A DNA stretch of 64,000 nucleotides, taken from assembly GCA_951406725.2 (NCBI GenBank), contig OX597842.1, positions 22,072,001-22,136,000 of the forward strand, in the 5' to 3' direction. Below the pieces are notes generated by a model. That model was given only the letters and a program-made list of their open reading frames with translations. It was not told where the DNA came from and ran no database searches. Shown here in pieces: positions 26,681-38,838 of this stretch (its first letter is position 1; every line of letters begins with the position of its first letter). The DNA comes from Octopus vulgaris (Eukaryota). A program made the position numbers and the translations under genes.

Positions 26681-27221
26681 TTTTCTCTTTAGATACGTTT
26701 ACTATTTTAGTAGGAGGGAAGGGTTCTTAATTTGTTTTATTTTTCTTTGTAAAATTGAAATTTTACAAATTTTTTTTTTCAGAATCACAATTTCTGTGTT
26801 TTACAACGTATTTAGCAAAAAAAAAAAAAAAAATCCAAAAAAAGTGAAAAAGAGGTGGGGGTGGGGGAGGAATTAAAATTCTGAAATGCCGATTTTTTTT
26901 TCGCAGATTCGGTATCTCCGCAGTCGAAAATGTGGGTAGAAAATACCCAAACAAAAAACGAAAATAATAACCGAAAGGCGGTGCGATCCGTCTTCTTTAC
27001 ATTCGCCGTCATCTATTCATTTTTCCCTTTCTGTCTGAAACTCATTCAATCTCCGTTTATTGCCAAAATGCTAAGTTACGGGAATGTAAATTAACCATCT
27101 CCATTTGTTAAGTGGGAATAGAAGAGGTGGAAACACTGAGACCAAACTGCACACAAGAATATACATTCTGACACAAACTAAGAATTCGCTTTAAAAAATT
27201 CCAACTTTTATTTTGTCGATA

Positions 27222-27641
27222 CATGTGGTTCTTGGTCTCAAGCATTTGTCTTATGAAGAAAGGCTGAAGACACTCGACCTTTATTCTCTAGAAAAAAGAC
27301 GACACCGTGGTGATCTCATTCTTGCTCACAACATCATAAGCGGAAAGTGTAACCTCTCGAAAGAGCTGTTCTTCACTCCTGCTCCAGAACGTAGGCTGTG
27401 GGGTCACTCCGAAAAGCTCTACCTGCGACGATTTCATCTCAATCGAAGGGGAGGGGCTTTCTCCGTCCGGGTTGCGGATCCGTGGATAGTGAAGATGCCG
27501 ACGACCGCTCGGTTCAAAGTATCTCTTGACCACAAATGGCCTGAACTCTTTGCAGGAACACCCTCCCTGTACATAACTCCATGTCCCCCTACATGGCCTT
27601 GCTTTTTGCTTTTTGAGCCAAAAAATTAACTTAACTTAACT
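27222..27641 (+). mobile_element. CR1-clade LINE 3' fragment
   Basis: LSYEERLKTLDLYSLEKRRHRGDLI motif and a (TTAAC)n tail. Confidence 0.85.
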
Positions 27642-27934
27642 ATATGTCAGTAATGAATGAGGACGAACCCAACAAATTTATATTTTCACATTAAATTCCG
27701 ATAGAATTGTAATATAAACATTCTGGATGGTATTTGTAGCAAATCTCATTAATACATATACATTTTTCTGTAAATAACTTAATCTTCATAATTTCAGCAG
27801 GTTTACAAATAGCATTTATGATCGGAAAATGTAAAGAAATCTTGAATATTGTTAAGATTTACCACTAAAACAGGTTTGTACAAAGAGAAAACGAAATTTC
27901 ATATAAAATAAGAAGAGATTATTACTTCACTCAC

Positions 27935-28048
27935 CATTTAATATCACTCGTTATCTTCCATAAAGTCCTTTCCCCTTCAGTTTAGATACAAAAGTAGAAA
28001 TTTATCGAGAAAAGTCGATAATTTTAGACGAAATCCAAGAATATCTGA
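27935..28048 (-). other. Putative upstream non-coding exon of gene C (intron 24430-27934)
   Basis: Homologous block with a GTGAGT donor. Confidence 0.55.
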
Positions 28049-28384
28049 CCCTAAAAAGAACCATGACAAAAATTGTGTAAACGGGGAATTTATAAAATAC
28101 GTAATGGTTTTCATTAAATCCCGAAACGAAATTAGGTAATGCAGTGTTACTTATGTTTCTTTTATGTTCTGAGGTCAACTCCTGCCGATGTCAAATTTTA
28201 CCTGTCATTGCTTCAGATGCTTCAGAATCAATAAAATAAAGATCTATCAAAAACAGAAATCGATGACAGACACTAATCACTCTACAACCCCAATATTAGG
28301 TCGATCGATTTTGCCCCTAGCGGATAACTAAAGAAACAATTATATCAAGGTGAATAACTGCCACGAACAAATATACCCATTTCT

Positions 28385-28603
28385 TTATAACCCACAGGGG
28401 GCTAAACGTAGAAGGGACAAACAAGGACAGACATAGGTATTAAGTCGATTACATCGACCCCAGTGCGTAACTGGTACTTAATTTATCGACCCCGAAAGGA
28501 TGAAAGGTAAAGTCGACCTCGGCGGAATTTGAACTCACAACATAACGGCAGACGAAATACCGCTAAGCATTTCGCCCGTCGTGCTAACGTTTCTGCCAGC
28601 TCG
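28385..28603 (-). mobile_element. tRNA-derived SINE
   Basis: Same family as 9945-10327. Confidence 0.8.
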
Positions 28604-28662
28604 ACACGAACTAATATACCACCTTTAGAAAATACGAAAAATGTTTTAAAACTGTTATGATT

Positions 28663-29055
28663 CATCATCATCATCATCGTTTAACGTCCGTTTTCCATGC
28701 TAGCATGGGTTAGACGATTCAATTGGGGTTGTGAAGCCAGAAGGCTGCGCCAGGCTCCAGTCTGATCTGACAGTGTTTCTACAGCTGGATGCCCTTTCTA
28801 ACGCCAACCACTCTGTGAGTGTAGTGGGTGCTTTTACGTGCCACCGGCACAGGTGCCAGACGAGGCGGGCAAACGGCCATGATCAGATGGAGCTTTTTAT
28901 GTGCCACCGGCACGGAGGCCAGACGAGGCTGGCAACGGCCACAATCGGATGGTGCTTTTTACGTGCCAGGCGAGGCTTGCAAACGGCCACGATTGGATGG
29001 TGCTTCTTACGTGCCACCGGCATGGAGGCCAGTCGGGGCGGCGCTGGCAACGGCC
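28663..29055 (-). mobile_element. RTE 3'-UTR-derived short element
   Basis: (CAT)n GTTTAACGTCCG...GCTAGCATGG tail and GC-rich hairpin repeats, as in the RTE 3' ends. Confidence 0.8.
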
Positions 29056-29056
29056 A

Positions 29057-29174
29057 TTAAAACCATATCAAGTAGAATGCACCAGTTTTCGTGCGATCAT
29101 CGAAGTTAAGCAATGTCGAGCCTACCAAGTACTTAGATGGGTGACCACTTGGGAAGCGTACATGATGAAAGCAT
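29057..29174 (+). pseudogene. 5S rRNA pseudogene
   Basis: CGATCATCGAAGTTAAGCAA...AGTACTTAGATGGGTGACCACTTGGGAA matches metazoan 5S box A/IE/box C. Many substitutions. Confidence 0.85.
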
Positions 29175-29190
29175 CTCACTCACATTTCTA

Positions 29191-29380
29191 AGGCAGTGAA
29201 CTGGCAGAATCGTTAGCGCACTGGACAAAATTTTTCGCGACGTTCTGAGTTCAAATTCTGTCAAGATCGACTTTGCTTTTTATATTTTCGGGGTTGATAA
29301 AATGGTTACCAGTTAAACACTGGACTCGATGTAATCGACTAGCCAACTCCCCACATTTCAGGCGTTGTGCCTTTAGAAGA
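29191..29380 (+). mobile_element. tRNA-derived SINE directly after the 5S pseudogene
   Basis: GGCAGTGAACTGGCAGAATCGTTAGC...GAGTTCAAATTC. Confidence 0.75.
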
Positions 29381-29400
29381 GATTTTTTAGTAAGAGAGAT

Positions 29401-30290
29401 AGTTAAGTTAAGTTAGGTTAAGTTAATTTTTTGGCTCAAAAAGCAAAAAGCAAGGCCATGTAGGGGGACATGGAGTTATGTACAGGGAGGGTGTTCATGC
29501 AAAGAGTTCAGGCCATTTCTGGTCAAGAGAGACTTTGAACAGAGTGGTCGTGGGCATCTTCACTATGTCTTCCGGCAGCTTATTCCACGGATCCACAACC
29601 CGGTCGGAGAAAGCCCCTCTCTTTCGATTGAGATGAAATCGTCATAGATAGAGCTTTTCGGAGTGACCCCACAGCCGACGCTCTGGAGCAGGAGTGAAGA
29701 ACAGCTCTTTCGAGAGGTTACACTTTCCACTTATGATGTGAGCGAGAATGAGATCACCATGGCAGCAGCGTTTTTCTAGAGAATAAAGGTTGAGCGTCTT
29801 CAGCCTTTCTTCATAAAACAAATGCTTGAGACCAAGAACCATGCGGGTAGCCAGCTTCTGGACTCTTTTGAAATGATGTATTTCTTTGAGGAGATAAGAA
29901 GAAAAGGCTTGAATCCCGCACTCTAATATGGGTCTCACCAGCGTGACATAGAGCGGTAGGAATATGGCTGCTGTGAGCATTCCGAATATCCGTCAAATCA
30001 AAAAGAGAACTCCACGTGCATTGTTGGCAGCATGGACGCACTGGGCTGAAGGTGAAAAGGAAGAATCCACCAAGATACCCAGGTCCTTTACCTGGTCGGT
30101 CCTCTCCAGCAGCAGACGACCCGGCTCGAAATCAAGTTGAGTTGCAGGAGAAGAGCCAACAGGCAGATGACAGCACTTTGACACGTTCAGACACAGGTCC
30201 CATTCGTTAGACCATCTCCAAACTTGGTGGAGGCATTGACGAAGATCATCTATATCACCGCGAGGAGCGACCAGTTTGACATCATTTACA
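29401..30290 (-). mobile_element. CR1-clade LINE 3' fragment, same family, inverted relative to 27222-27641
   Basis: VKDLGILVD and LYVTLVRPILE...YEERLKTL motifs, and a (TTAAC)n tail at 29401-29426. Confidence 0.88.
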
Positions 30291-31989
30291 TGTTAAATAA
30301 ATACATTATATCAGATTACAGTTTTTGGTAATATTATTGCTTTAAAACACATTTAAAGTAATAAAATGTACTAAAAATAGCTAAACCATGAAAAATACAG
30401 AACTGCACCATCAGATGGTTAAGATGTTTCATCATACAACCATTGGAAGACATTTTCAAGTAGTTTTTAACCCCTCATATCTTCTTTATTTTCAGGATTG
30501 CCTGGAAAAGTTTTGCGAATTTGTTTTTTCATTTGCAAATTGTATGATTATGATTATACAAGTAAAGAAACAAAATTGGTGCATGTTTTAAGGGCTATTT
30601 CGCTTACAGTAGTGTCCCCTTTTCCCTCTTTAGAAATTGAACCCACAGCAGTATACAGCATTGACTTCACAGATCTTGCAAACTTTGATCCCCCATTTGC
30701 TATTTTGCCAAGCATGTACTGTGGGAAACATACTCTGCCTTTGTACCTCACCCTACCCTCATAGATGGATAGGCATTTATGAGGGAATATCAGAATATGG
30801 TTTTTGGTAATAGTATTGCTTAAGAACACATAAAAAGTATAGAAAATAATGCCTAAAACTATTATATTAACATATAAACAAAAACAAATGAGTACTCTTT
30901 GAAAATGAAAGTGAAACTAGATAAAAGTATCTTTTGGTTAGAGACTCATTTATAAGCATTATGATGAAGGTCTTATTTTAAATAAGGGACCAGTTTGGTT
31001 CTCCACCTACTGGCCCACTACTAGTGTCTTCAGTGTAGGTATTGTGACAGTTTTTAAAATCCTGTCTCTATCTTGATACTGGAAACATGCAGGTCTCCAA
31101 AAGCTTCTTCACTGCTCCAATCGTTTGCTATTCTATGTAACTTGCTTATTCTCATTATTATATTTATAGCAGAAAATGCTTGGATTTCATCTAAGCATGT
31201 GGGAGGCCAATAACAGTTATTTCTATAGAATTGCTTATATTCTGGAAAAAACTCTGACTGGGTCCAGTCTCTTCAGAAAAACAGTATACAAGCTTTTGTT
31301 CCAGTTGGATAAAAATTTATTTTGTCACCATTAGAGTTATTGTGTGAATCACTTTCACTTTCAGAAACAGAAATATGCAATTCCTTGGCACAAACACTAT
31401 GTTGATTTTGCTTTTGCTGAATGTAGTGATTCTTTTTCTATGTCTTCGAGCAACAAATTCTGATTCACTACTCAACAACTTAAAACAGATATTCATCTCG
31501 CATCAGAATTAAAGATTTTCAAAACAATGAGGCACAAAAAAATGAAGCGGGGGAAAAAAAAATCTTGGAAAATTCACAGAGGTCAGATATCACATCAAAT
31601 AGTGGAACTTCATCTGTTTTTATATTCTGAGATCATATTCTGCCAAGGTTGAGATTGCCTTTCATCCTTTTGGGTGCCAACAAAATAAATACCTGTTGAA
31701 CAATAGCGTTCAATGGAATCGACTAACCTACTCTTCGGTAAAATTATAAACCTGCACCCATCTGCTAAGCCATGCTGAACCAGTGAGGTTCAGAAACTGA
31801 ACTCACGATTGTGGGCTTAACGCTCTAACCACTGAGCCATGTATGGCAGCTACAATAATGCCTTGATATTTGAGCTAATTTCTCCCTGGAGACTGCTCCT
31901 GAAGTGAAAACTCATAAAGCAAAGCAATCATTTCCCATAGAAGCAATGTTATAAATTGTAATTCATTCCTAGAAAAATATTTTACCTAT

Positions 31990-32359
31990 AGGCATAGGAG
32001 TGGCTGTGTGGTAAGTAGCTTGTTTATCAACGACATGGTTCCGGGTTCAGTCCCACTGCGTGGCACCTTGGGCAAGTGTCTTCTACTATAGCCCCAGATC
32101 GACCAAAGCCTTGTGAGTGGATTTTGTAGATGGAAACTGAAAGAAGCCCGTCGTATATATGTATATGTATGTGTGTGTATGTTTGTGTGTCTGTGTTTGT
32201 CCACCCAACATTGCTTGACAACCGATGCTGGTGTGTTTACGTCCCTGTAACCTAGCAGTTCGGCAAAGGGGACTGATACAATAAGTCCTAGGGTCGACTA
32301 AAGGCAGTGCTCCAGCATGGCCACAGTCAAATGACTAAAACAAGTCAAAGAGTAAAGAG
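31990..32359 (+). mobile_element. tRNA-derived SINE, second family, interrupting the shared ZNF 3' flank
   Basis: AGGAGTGGCTGTGTGGTAAG...GGTTCAGTCCC. The flanks rejoin sequence homologous to ~3000-3270. Confidence 0.85.
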
Positions 32360-32685
32360 TATGAAATTTATAATACTTGTAAATAAATGACAATAAAACA
32401 ACCGTAGAATGTAAAGAATATTTTATGTAAAGTCAAAAACAATGTCAAGATCATTTAGAATAGACAAAATATTATTATTATAATTGTTTTCTGAATCACT
32501 TTCATTCATGCTAGACTCACAACATCATTTGTAGAAGCAATAACCAATTCACAAGCACTCATAGATGGACTTTTAAGTTGTTTGCTTAGAAGAAGCTTTT
32601 ATTTTTGTCCTCTATAAATTTCTCAGTAACATGGAGAAGCATTTGTTAATGGTAGTAGAAACTTTTGCACTTCTGAATTATCAAA

Positions 32686-33458
32686 TTAACCTTTCATTAC
32701 TGTATTTCTGTTGAGATGCTCTGTGTTTCTTTCAATAACTTTAGATATAACAAAGAATTTACTAAAATAACTTAGTTATCATTCACCTAGTGTTAGGAAC
32801 GAACATAAATTGTGACTAAGGTTTGGTGGAAGATTTTAATTCAAAACTTTTGGAAACAAGACATTTGTTACTACAGAGCCAGAGGTGGTTTCAGCCAGGT
32901 TGGTATGAAAAGGGTTAAAAATATCATGGTGACTAAGAATTGTTTCTCTATTATATATTTTAACCCTTTTGTTACCATATTTCTGTTGAGATGCTCTGTG
33001 TTTCTTTCAATAACTTTAAATATAACAAAGAATTTAGTAAAATAACTTAGTTATCATTCAGCTAGTGTTAGGAACATAAATTGTGACTAATGTTTGGTGG
33101 AAGATTTAAATTCAAAACTTATGAAAACAAGACATTTGTTACTACAGAGCCAGAGCTGGTTTCAGCCAGGTTGGTAACAAAAGGGTTAAAAATATCATGG
33201 TGACTAAGAATTGTTTCTCTATTATATATTTTAACCCTTTTGTTACCATATTTCTGTTGAGATGCTCTGTGTTTCTTTCAATAACTTTAAATATAACAAA
33301 GAATCTAGTAAAATAACTTAGTTATCATTCAGCTAGTGTTAGGAACATAAATTGTGACTAATGTTTGGTGGAAGATTTTAATTCAAAACTTATGAAAACA
33401 AGGCATTTGTACTCAGAACCAGAGGTGGTTTCAGCCAGGTTGGTAACAAAAGGGTTAA
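32686..33458. mobile_element. Three tandem TTAA-flanked (piggyBac-type) MITEs, ~271-bp period
   Basis: TTAA-CCCTTTTGTTACCA...TGGTAACAAAAGGG-TTAA at 32960-33189 and 33231-33458, with a diverged copy at 32686-32918. Identical ~41-bp spacers. Confidence 0.8.
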
Positions 33459-33973
33459 AAGCTTCACAAGAACTGGGGCTGGTTTTATTCCCATCACAAT
33501 TCCACATCTTTGTCAGTAGGAAGTGGTACCAAATAAAAACTAACTGCTCTGAAGGATAAATTTTAAAGCTTCCATAACAAACTCCTGATTCACAAACTCT
33601 GGAAGTTCTTCTGGACAGTTTTCCAGCCAGAATTTAATTGCTTGTATTCCATATTTATATGGGATATTAGTGTCCAGGTTTATAACATTGAAGGAAGCCA
33701 TGACTGCCCCTTCATCGATTGTTTCTGGTAGGTGGTTTAGCATATCAAGGTAATCTGTAATGAAGCATTTACATTTTAAAAGGGGTTTCAGTAGGATGTT
33801 GATAAAATTGCTTAAGGAGTGGGTTTCACTTGCTGGTCCAGCTAGAAGTTTTCAATCATGGGGTACTTGGACATTAATGTATATGTCAGGTGATTGTTTG
33901 CAGGCTTTGTTAATTATCTGGATCTCATGGATTTTTGGTAATTCAAAGTTTACATTCAGAATTTGTGATATAA
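33459..33973 (-). mobile_element. Penelope-like retroelement RT fragment
   Basis: Degenerate PKIH...AGPA.ETH.LS.FI.ILLKP...SFNVINLDTNIP..YGIQAIKFWL...FIL, matching PLE RT motifs. Confidence 0.7.
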
Positions 33974-35377
33974 TCAATATGCCATTTCACCTGTGTGAGT
34001 ACGTTTGTGACGAGTTAAGTTATAAATTCGAGAGAAAGATTTACCACAGATTTCACAGTGATATGGCTTTTCTCCTGTATGAACACGCATATGCTTAGGT
34101 AACTGTTCATTTTGAGAGAATGATTTACCACAGATTTCACAGTGATATGGCTTCTCACCTGTATGAATGCGTTTGTGCTTAGTTAAGTGATTATCTTGAG
34201 AGAAGGATTTACCACAGATATCACAGTGATACGGCTTATCTCCTGTATGAACACGCTTATGGCTAGATAAGTAATCGTTTCGAGAGAAGGATTTACCACA
34301 GATTTCACAGTGATATGGCTTCACACTTGAATGAACATGTTTGTGAACAGCTAAATTGGGTCCGTGAGAGAATGATTTACCACAGATATCGCACTGATAT
34401 GGCTTCTCTCCTGTGTGAATACGTATGTGATTAGTTAAGTTTATATCTTCACAGAATGATTTACCACAAATATAACAGTGATATGGTTTCACTCCTGTAT
34501 GAATGCGTTTGTGATTAACCAAGTCATTATTTTGAGAGAATGATTTACCACAGAATTCACAGTTATATAGTTCTTCTCCTGTGTGAACAACACACTTGTG
34601 AATACTTAAGGGACTAGTTTCAGAGAATGATTTTCCACAGATATCACACTGATATGGCTTCTCTCCTGTATGAATGCGTCTGTGCCTAGTCAAACCATTA
34701 TTTTGAGTGAATGTTTTACCACAAATATCACAGTGATATGGCTTCTCTCCTGTATGAATACGTCTGTGCCTAGTCAAGCCATTATTTCGAGAGAATGATG
34801 TACCACAGATTTCACAGCGGTATGGTCTTTCTCCTGTGTGAACATTACGCTTGTGGATAGGCACAGAACTAGTCTGAGCGAAGGACTTACCACAGATATC
34901 ACAATGATATGGCTTCTCTCCTGTATGAATGCGTCTGTGCCTAGCCAAGACATGATTTCGAAAGAACGATCTACCACAGGTATCACAGTGATATGGCATT
35001 TCACCTGTATGAACGCATCTGTGCTTAGTCAGGTCATTACCTTGTGAGAATGATTTACCACAGATTTCACAGCAATATGGTTTTTCTCCTGTGTGAACAT
35101 TACGCTTGTGAATAATTATAGAACCAGTCTGGGAGAAGGACTTACCACAGATATCACAATGATATGGCTTCTCTCCTGTATGAATGCGTTTGTGAATGAG
35201 TAAGCTAGCTTTCCTAGAGAAGAATTTACCACAAATATCACAATCATATAATATTTTGCCCTTTTCATTGTTTACATCATCAGAAAAATCAGTTCTTTCA
35301 CAAAATTCCTTTTCCATGATTTTCCTTTCTCTCGTCACAGTACACAAATGTTTTCCTTCTTCTCGTATATTGCTCAT
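33974..35377 (-). CDS. Poly-C2H2 ZNF gene G (15 fingers, most divergent paralog)
   Basis: ORF 33974-35443 with ATG at MSNI (35377). Fingers are heterogeneous. The ORF ends HTGEMAY* against a Penelope-like fragment. Confidence 0.9.
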   Translation of the reverse strand: MSNIREEGKHLCTVTRERKIMEKEFCERTDFSDDVNNEKGKILYDCDICGKFFSRKASLLIHKRIHTGEKPYHCDICGKSFSQTGSIIIHKRNVHTGEKPYCCEICGKSFSQGNDLTKHRCVHTGEMPYHCDTCGRSFFRNHVLARHRRIHTGEKPYHCDICGKSFAQTSSVPIHKRNVHTGERPYRCEICGTSFSRNNGLTRHRRIHTGEKPYHCDICGKTFTQNNGLTRHRRIHTGEKPYQCDICGKSFSETSPLSIHKCVVHTGEELYNCEFCGKSFSQNNDLVNHKRIHTGVKPYHCYICGKSFCEDINLTNHIRIHTGEKPYQCDICGKSFSHGPNLAVHKHVHSSVKPYHCEICGKSFSRNDYLSSHKRVHTGDKPYHCDICGKSFSQDNHLTKHKRIHTGEKPYHCEICGKSFSQNEQLPKHMRVHTGEKPYHCEICGKSFSRIYNLTRHKRTHTGEMAY

Positions 35378-36644
35378 ATCAAATATTTCTACTGATATAT
35401 CTCCATCAAAAGTGATCTTTGTTAATATCTCAAGATGCTGCAAACTGCCTTCTTAATTACTTTAACTCATTAACACGCAGATTACTCTGTCAAATCTAAT
35501 GATTATTTATTCAAATTCTTCTGAATTAATCATTCATTATCTTATTGCTTTAAGATTTCAATGATGTGATTGTTTATGTTTAGAATGACATTGCAGGGTG
35601 AGTGGAAGAGGCCAGATGTGGGCAGTTTTAACGTAAAATAGCTTGAACGTTTGGGACTGATATGGCCAGGTTTAAGGCTAAACGATTAATTAATATGCAA
35701 ATATAATTTTCTGTGTATCCCAGACAATAAAGAAGAGGAATTTTGCTACATATGTCAGAGTTCAGAAGATATATTTTGCAGTAATTCAGTAAATATTTAT
35801 AGAAACAGGGTTATACGTGTTTTGTATAACATCTGTGCTCAGTCTTCAAAAGACTTTCCATTCTAATGACGTTTCTTATGTAAAAATCCTGTGAAGCAGA
35901 TGTCATCTGATAATCTGAAACGAAAGAGAAACAACAGTGTAAAACATACAAGATAATTAGGAATTAGAGAGATTAAAGCAGTGAAAGTTTTACTACATCT
36001 TTTTATAGGCGCAAGAGTGGTTGTGTGGTAAGTAGCTTGTTATAATTGATTTTTGTTAGCCCTTGTGGCCAATAAACGAATTAATTATTATTATTATTAT
36101 TATCATCTTTTAAGTGTTTCTGTCATTAGACTGCCACCACGCTGGGGAATCTCCTTGAAGAATCTGTAGTGAGATTGGATCGACCCGAGAAGTTGTTTTT
36201 GTTTTTTTATGCCTGGAACTCATTCTATCAGTCTACTGCCGAAAGTTCCAGGGATGTAAATATACCAACACCGTTTGTTAAGCGCGAATGGGAGGGGAAG
36301 AAACACTAACACAAAGATACACATACATACTGAGACAAATCTAGAATTTCTTTAAAAATTTTAACTTTCATGTGTACGAGCCCACCAAATTTATATTTTC
36401 ATATTAAATTCCGATAGAATTCTAATATACACATTCTGAATGGTATTTATAGCAAATTTCATAAAAACGTATTTTTCTATAAATAACTTAATTTTCATAA
36501 TTTCAGCAGGTTTACAAATAGCATTTATGATCGGGAAAATGTAAAGAAATCTTGAATATTGTTAAGATTTCCCACTAAAACAGGTTTGTACAAAGAGAAA
36601 ACCAAATTTAATATAAAATAAGAAGAAATTATTACTTCACTCAC

Positions 36645-36757
36645 AATTTAATCTCACTCGTTATCTTCGAAATAGTCCTTTCCCCTTCACTTATGATACA
36701 AAAGTAGAATTTCATCCAGAAAAATCATTAATTTCAGACGAGATCAAAGAATATCTG
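36645..36757 (-). other. Putative upstream non-coding exon of gene G (intron 35915-36644)
   Basis: Homologous block with a GTGAGT donor. Confidence 0.55.
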
Positions 36758-37092
36758 ACACCAGAAATATCACCGACAAAAACTTATAAAAAAGGGGAAT
36801 GTATAAAACATACATTGGTTTGCTTTAATTACCGAAACGAAATCCCACCGATGTCAATTTTACCTTTCATTGCTTTGGGATGAATAAAATAAAGACCCAG
36901 TCAAAACAAGAGGTCGATGGTAGATACTAAGTCCCCCAAACCACCATCAGTAGGCCTTTTAATAAAAACTTTGCTCCTAGAAGATAACTGAAGAAATAAT
37001 TATATCAAGGAGAATAGCTTGTACGAGCGACTGACCAAACTCTACTTTACCACCTTCAGAAAATGCGAATGTTTTGAAACTGTTAATATTGT

Positions 37093-37212
37093 TATTACAG
37101 CCGTATAATGCTGATTGCACATTGTCTCACCTGATCACCGAAGTGAAGCAATGTGGAGCCTGCAGGTTACTTAGATGGGTGACCGCTTGGACAACCTATG
37201 TGCCCAAAGCAT
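37093..37212 (+). pseudogene. 5S rRNA pseudogene
   Basis: ~120 nt; TGATCACCGAAGTGAAGCAA...TACTTAGATGGGTGACCGCTTGG. Confidence 0.85.
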
Positions 37213-38838
37213 CTAATGTATTTTGCAGGGCGGCGAGCTGGCAGGATCGTTAGCACGCCGGACGAAATGCTAACCGCTATTTCGACCGTCGCTACGTTCG
37301 TAGTGAATGCGGGAGATTAGAATTAAGACACGTACCTTCTCTTCGTTGACCCATATCTGTCCGATGGTAATGTACCCTTCCACGTGGCCCGTCACGAAAC
37401 GCTAAAAATAGCAGCTGCTATCCCTCACCTGGTCGAAGCACTGACACGTCCTGCACTCACAACTTCCCCGATCGAAAAGGGCGCAATCGCCCCAACCCTG
37501 TACGCACCCATCCTCTTCCGGTCATCTTCCTAGCCGCTGACGTCATCCCACAGTTCCCAGTTCAAATTCCACCACGGTCGATTGTGCCTTTCATCGTTTC
37601 AGGGTCGATAAAATAAGTACCAGTTGACTAAACCCCATCCCCTAGAAGAAGGATATTTTTAGTAAGAGGGATGGTTTAGTGTGAGAAAATGTTAGTAATT
37701 GTAGAAAATGTTAGTAATTGTAGAAAATGTGGCTGCATTTCACTTTCACCCTTTAACATTGTTCAATGTAATGAAGATGAATGGAAATTGAACTCACGAT
37801 TGAGCCATGCACCTTCAAATATATATGAGAAGTTACACAGCTTCATATATATACTAGAAGTATCGCCCAGCGTTGCTCGGCTTTATTTTCTTTTCGACCC
37901 TTTAGAATTGGAATTTTCGAAAAGTAAAAATCTTGCATTATGTAGCTTGCTATTCTCTTTAAGTCAAAGAATCGTAAAAATTAGGGATTCTCATAGTAAA
38001 AAAAGCACCATTCTGATCTAAATAATTTTTGGTGTTGTCATGGTGCGATTTGAATTTTTTCTTCTACGGAAGGAAGGGCAAGCTTTCTTTTATCATACTC
38101 TCAATTTTGGTCAACATACGCCACAGTATCTCGGTAGAGATAGTGTTAGTTGAAGGCTGCAAAACCTGACACACACACAGACAACTTCAGCTTTATATAT
38201 ATAGATATATCGTGCAATGCCACTCCCTGTAAGAAGCATTTGTGCTAGTTCATGTAAAAAGCACACATGCTGATCCATGTGGTTATTCAACTTACTCCTT
38301 CCCCTGAAATTGCTGGCCTTGTGCCAAAATAATGTCAGATACAATAATGCCTTCATATATGAGTTAATTTCTTCCTGGAGATTGCTCCTAAAGTGAAAAC
38401 TCATAAAGCAAAGCAATAATTTCCCATAGAAGCAATGTTATAAATTGTAATTCAATCCCAGAAAAATATTTTACCAATAAAATTTATAATACTTGTAAAT
38501 AAATGACAATAAAACAACAGTAGAATGTAAAGAATATTTTATGTAAAGTCAAAAACAATGTCAAGATCATTTAGAATAGATAAAATATTATTATTATAAT
38601 TGTTTTCTGAATCGCTTTGAAAAGACTCAGGGACACCATCATTTGTAGACGTGACAACTGATTCACAAGAAACAAGTCTAGAGTTGTTTACTGAGAAGAA
38701 TTCCTTTGCTTTTTATAAACTTCTTGGTAAGACACAGATGCATTTGTTATGGTAGTAGAAACTTTCAAAATTTGGATGTTGTGCTTGAAAAATAAAACTC
38801 ATAAACGAAGTCTGTACCTTGGGAAATGAATCTATTCC

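Noticed and set aside
37093-37212. Functional 5S rRNA genes
   Set aside because: Many substitutions, including in the terminal helix, and no tandem 5S array; called pseudogenes.
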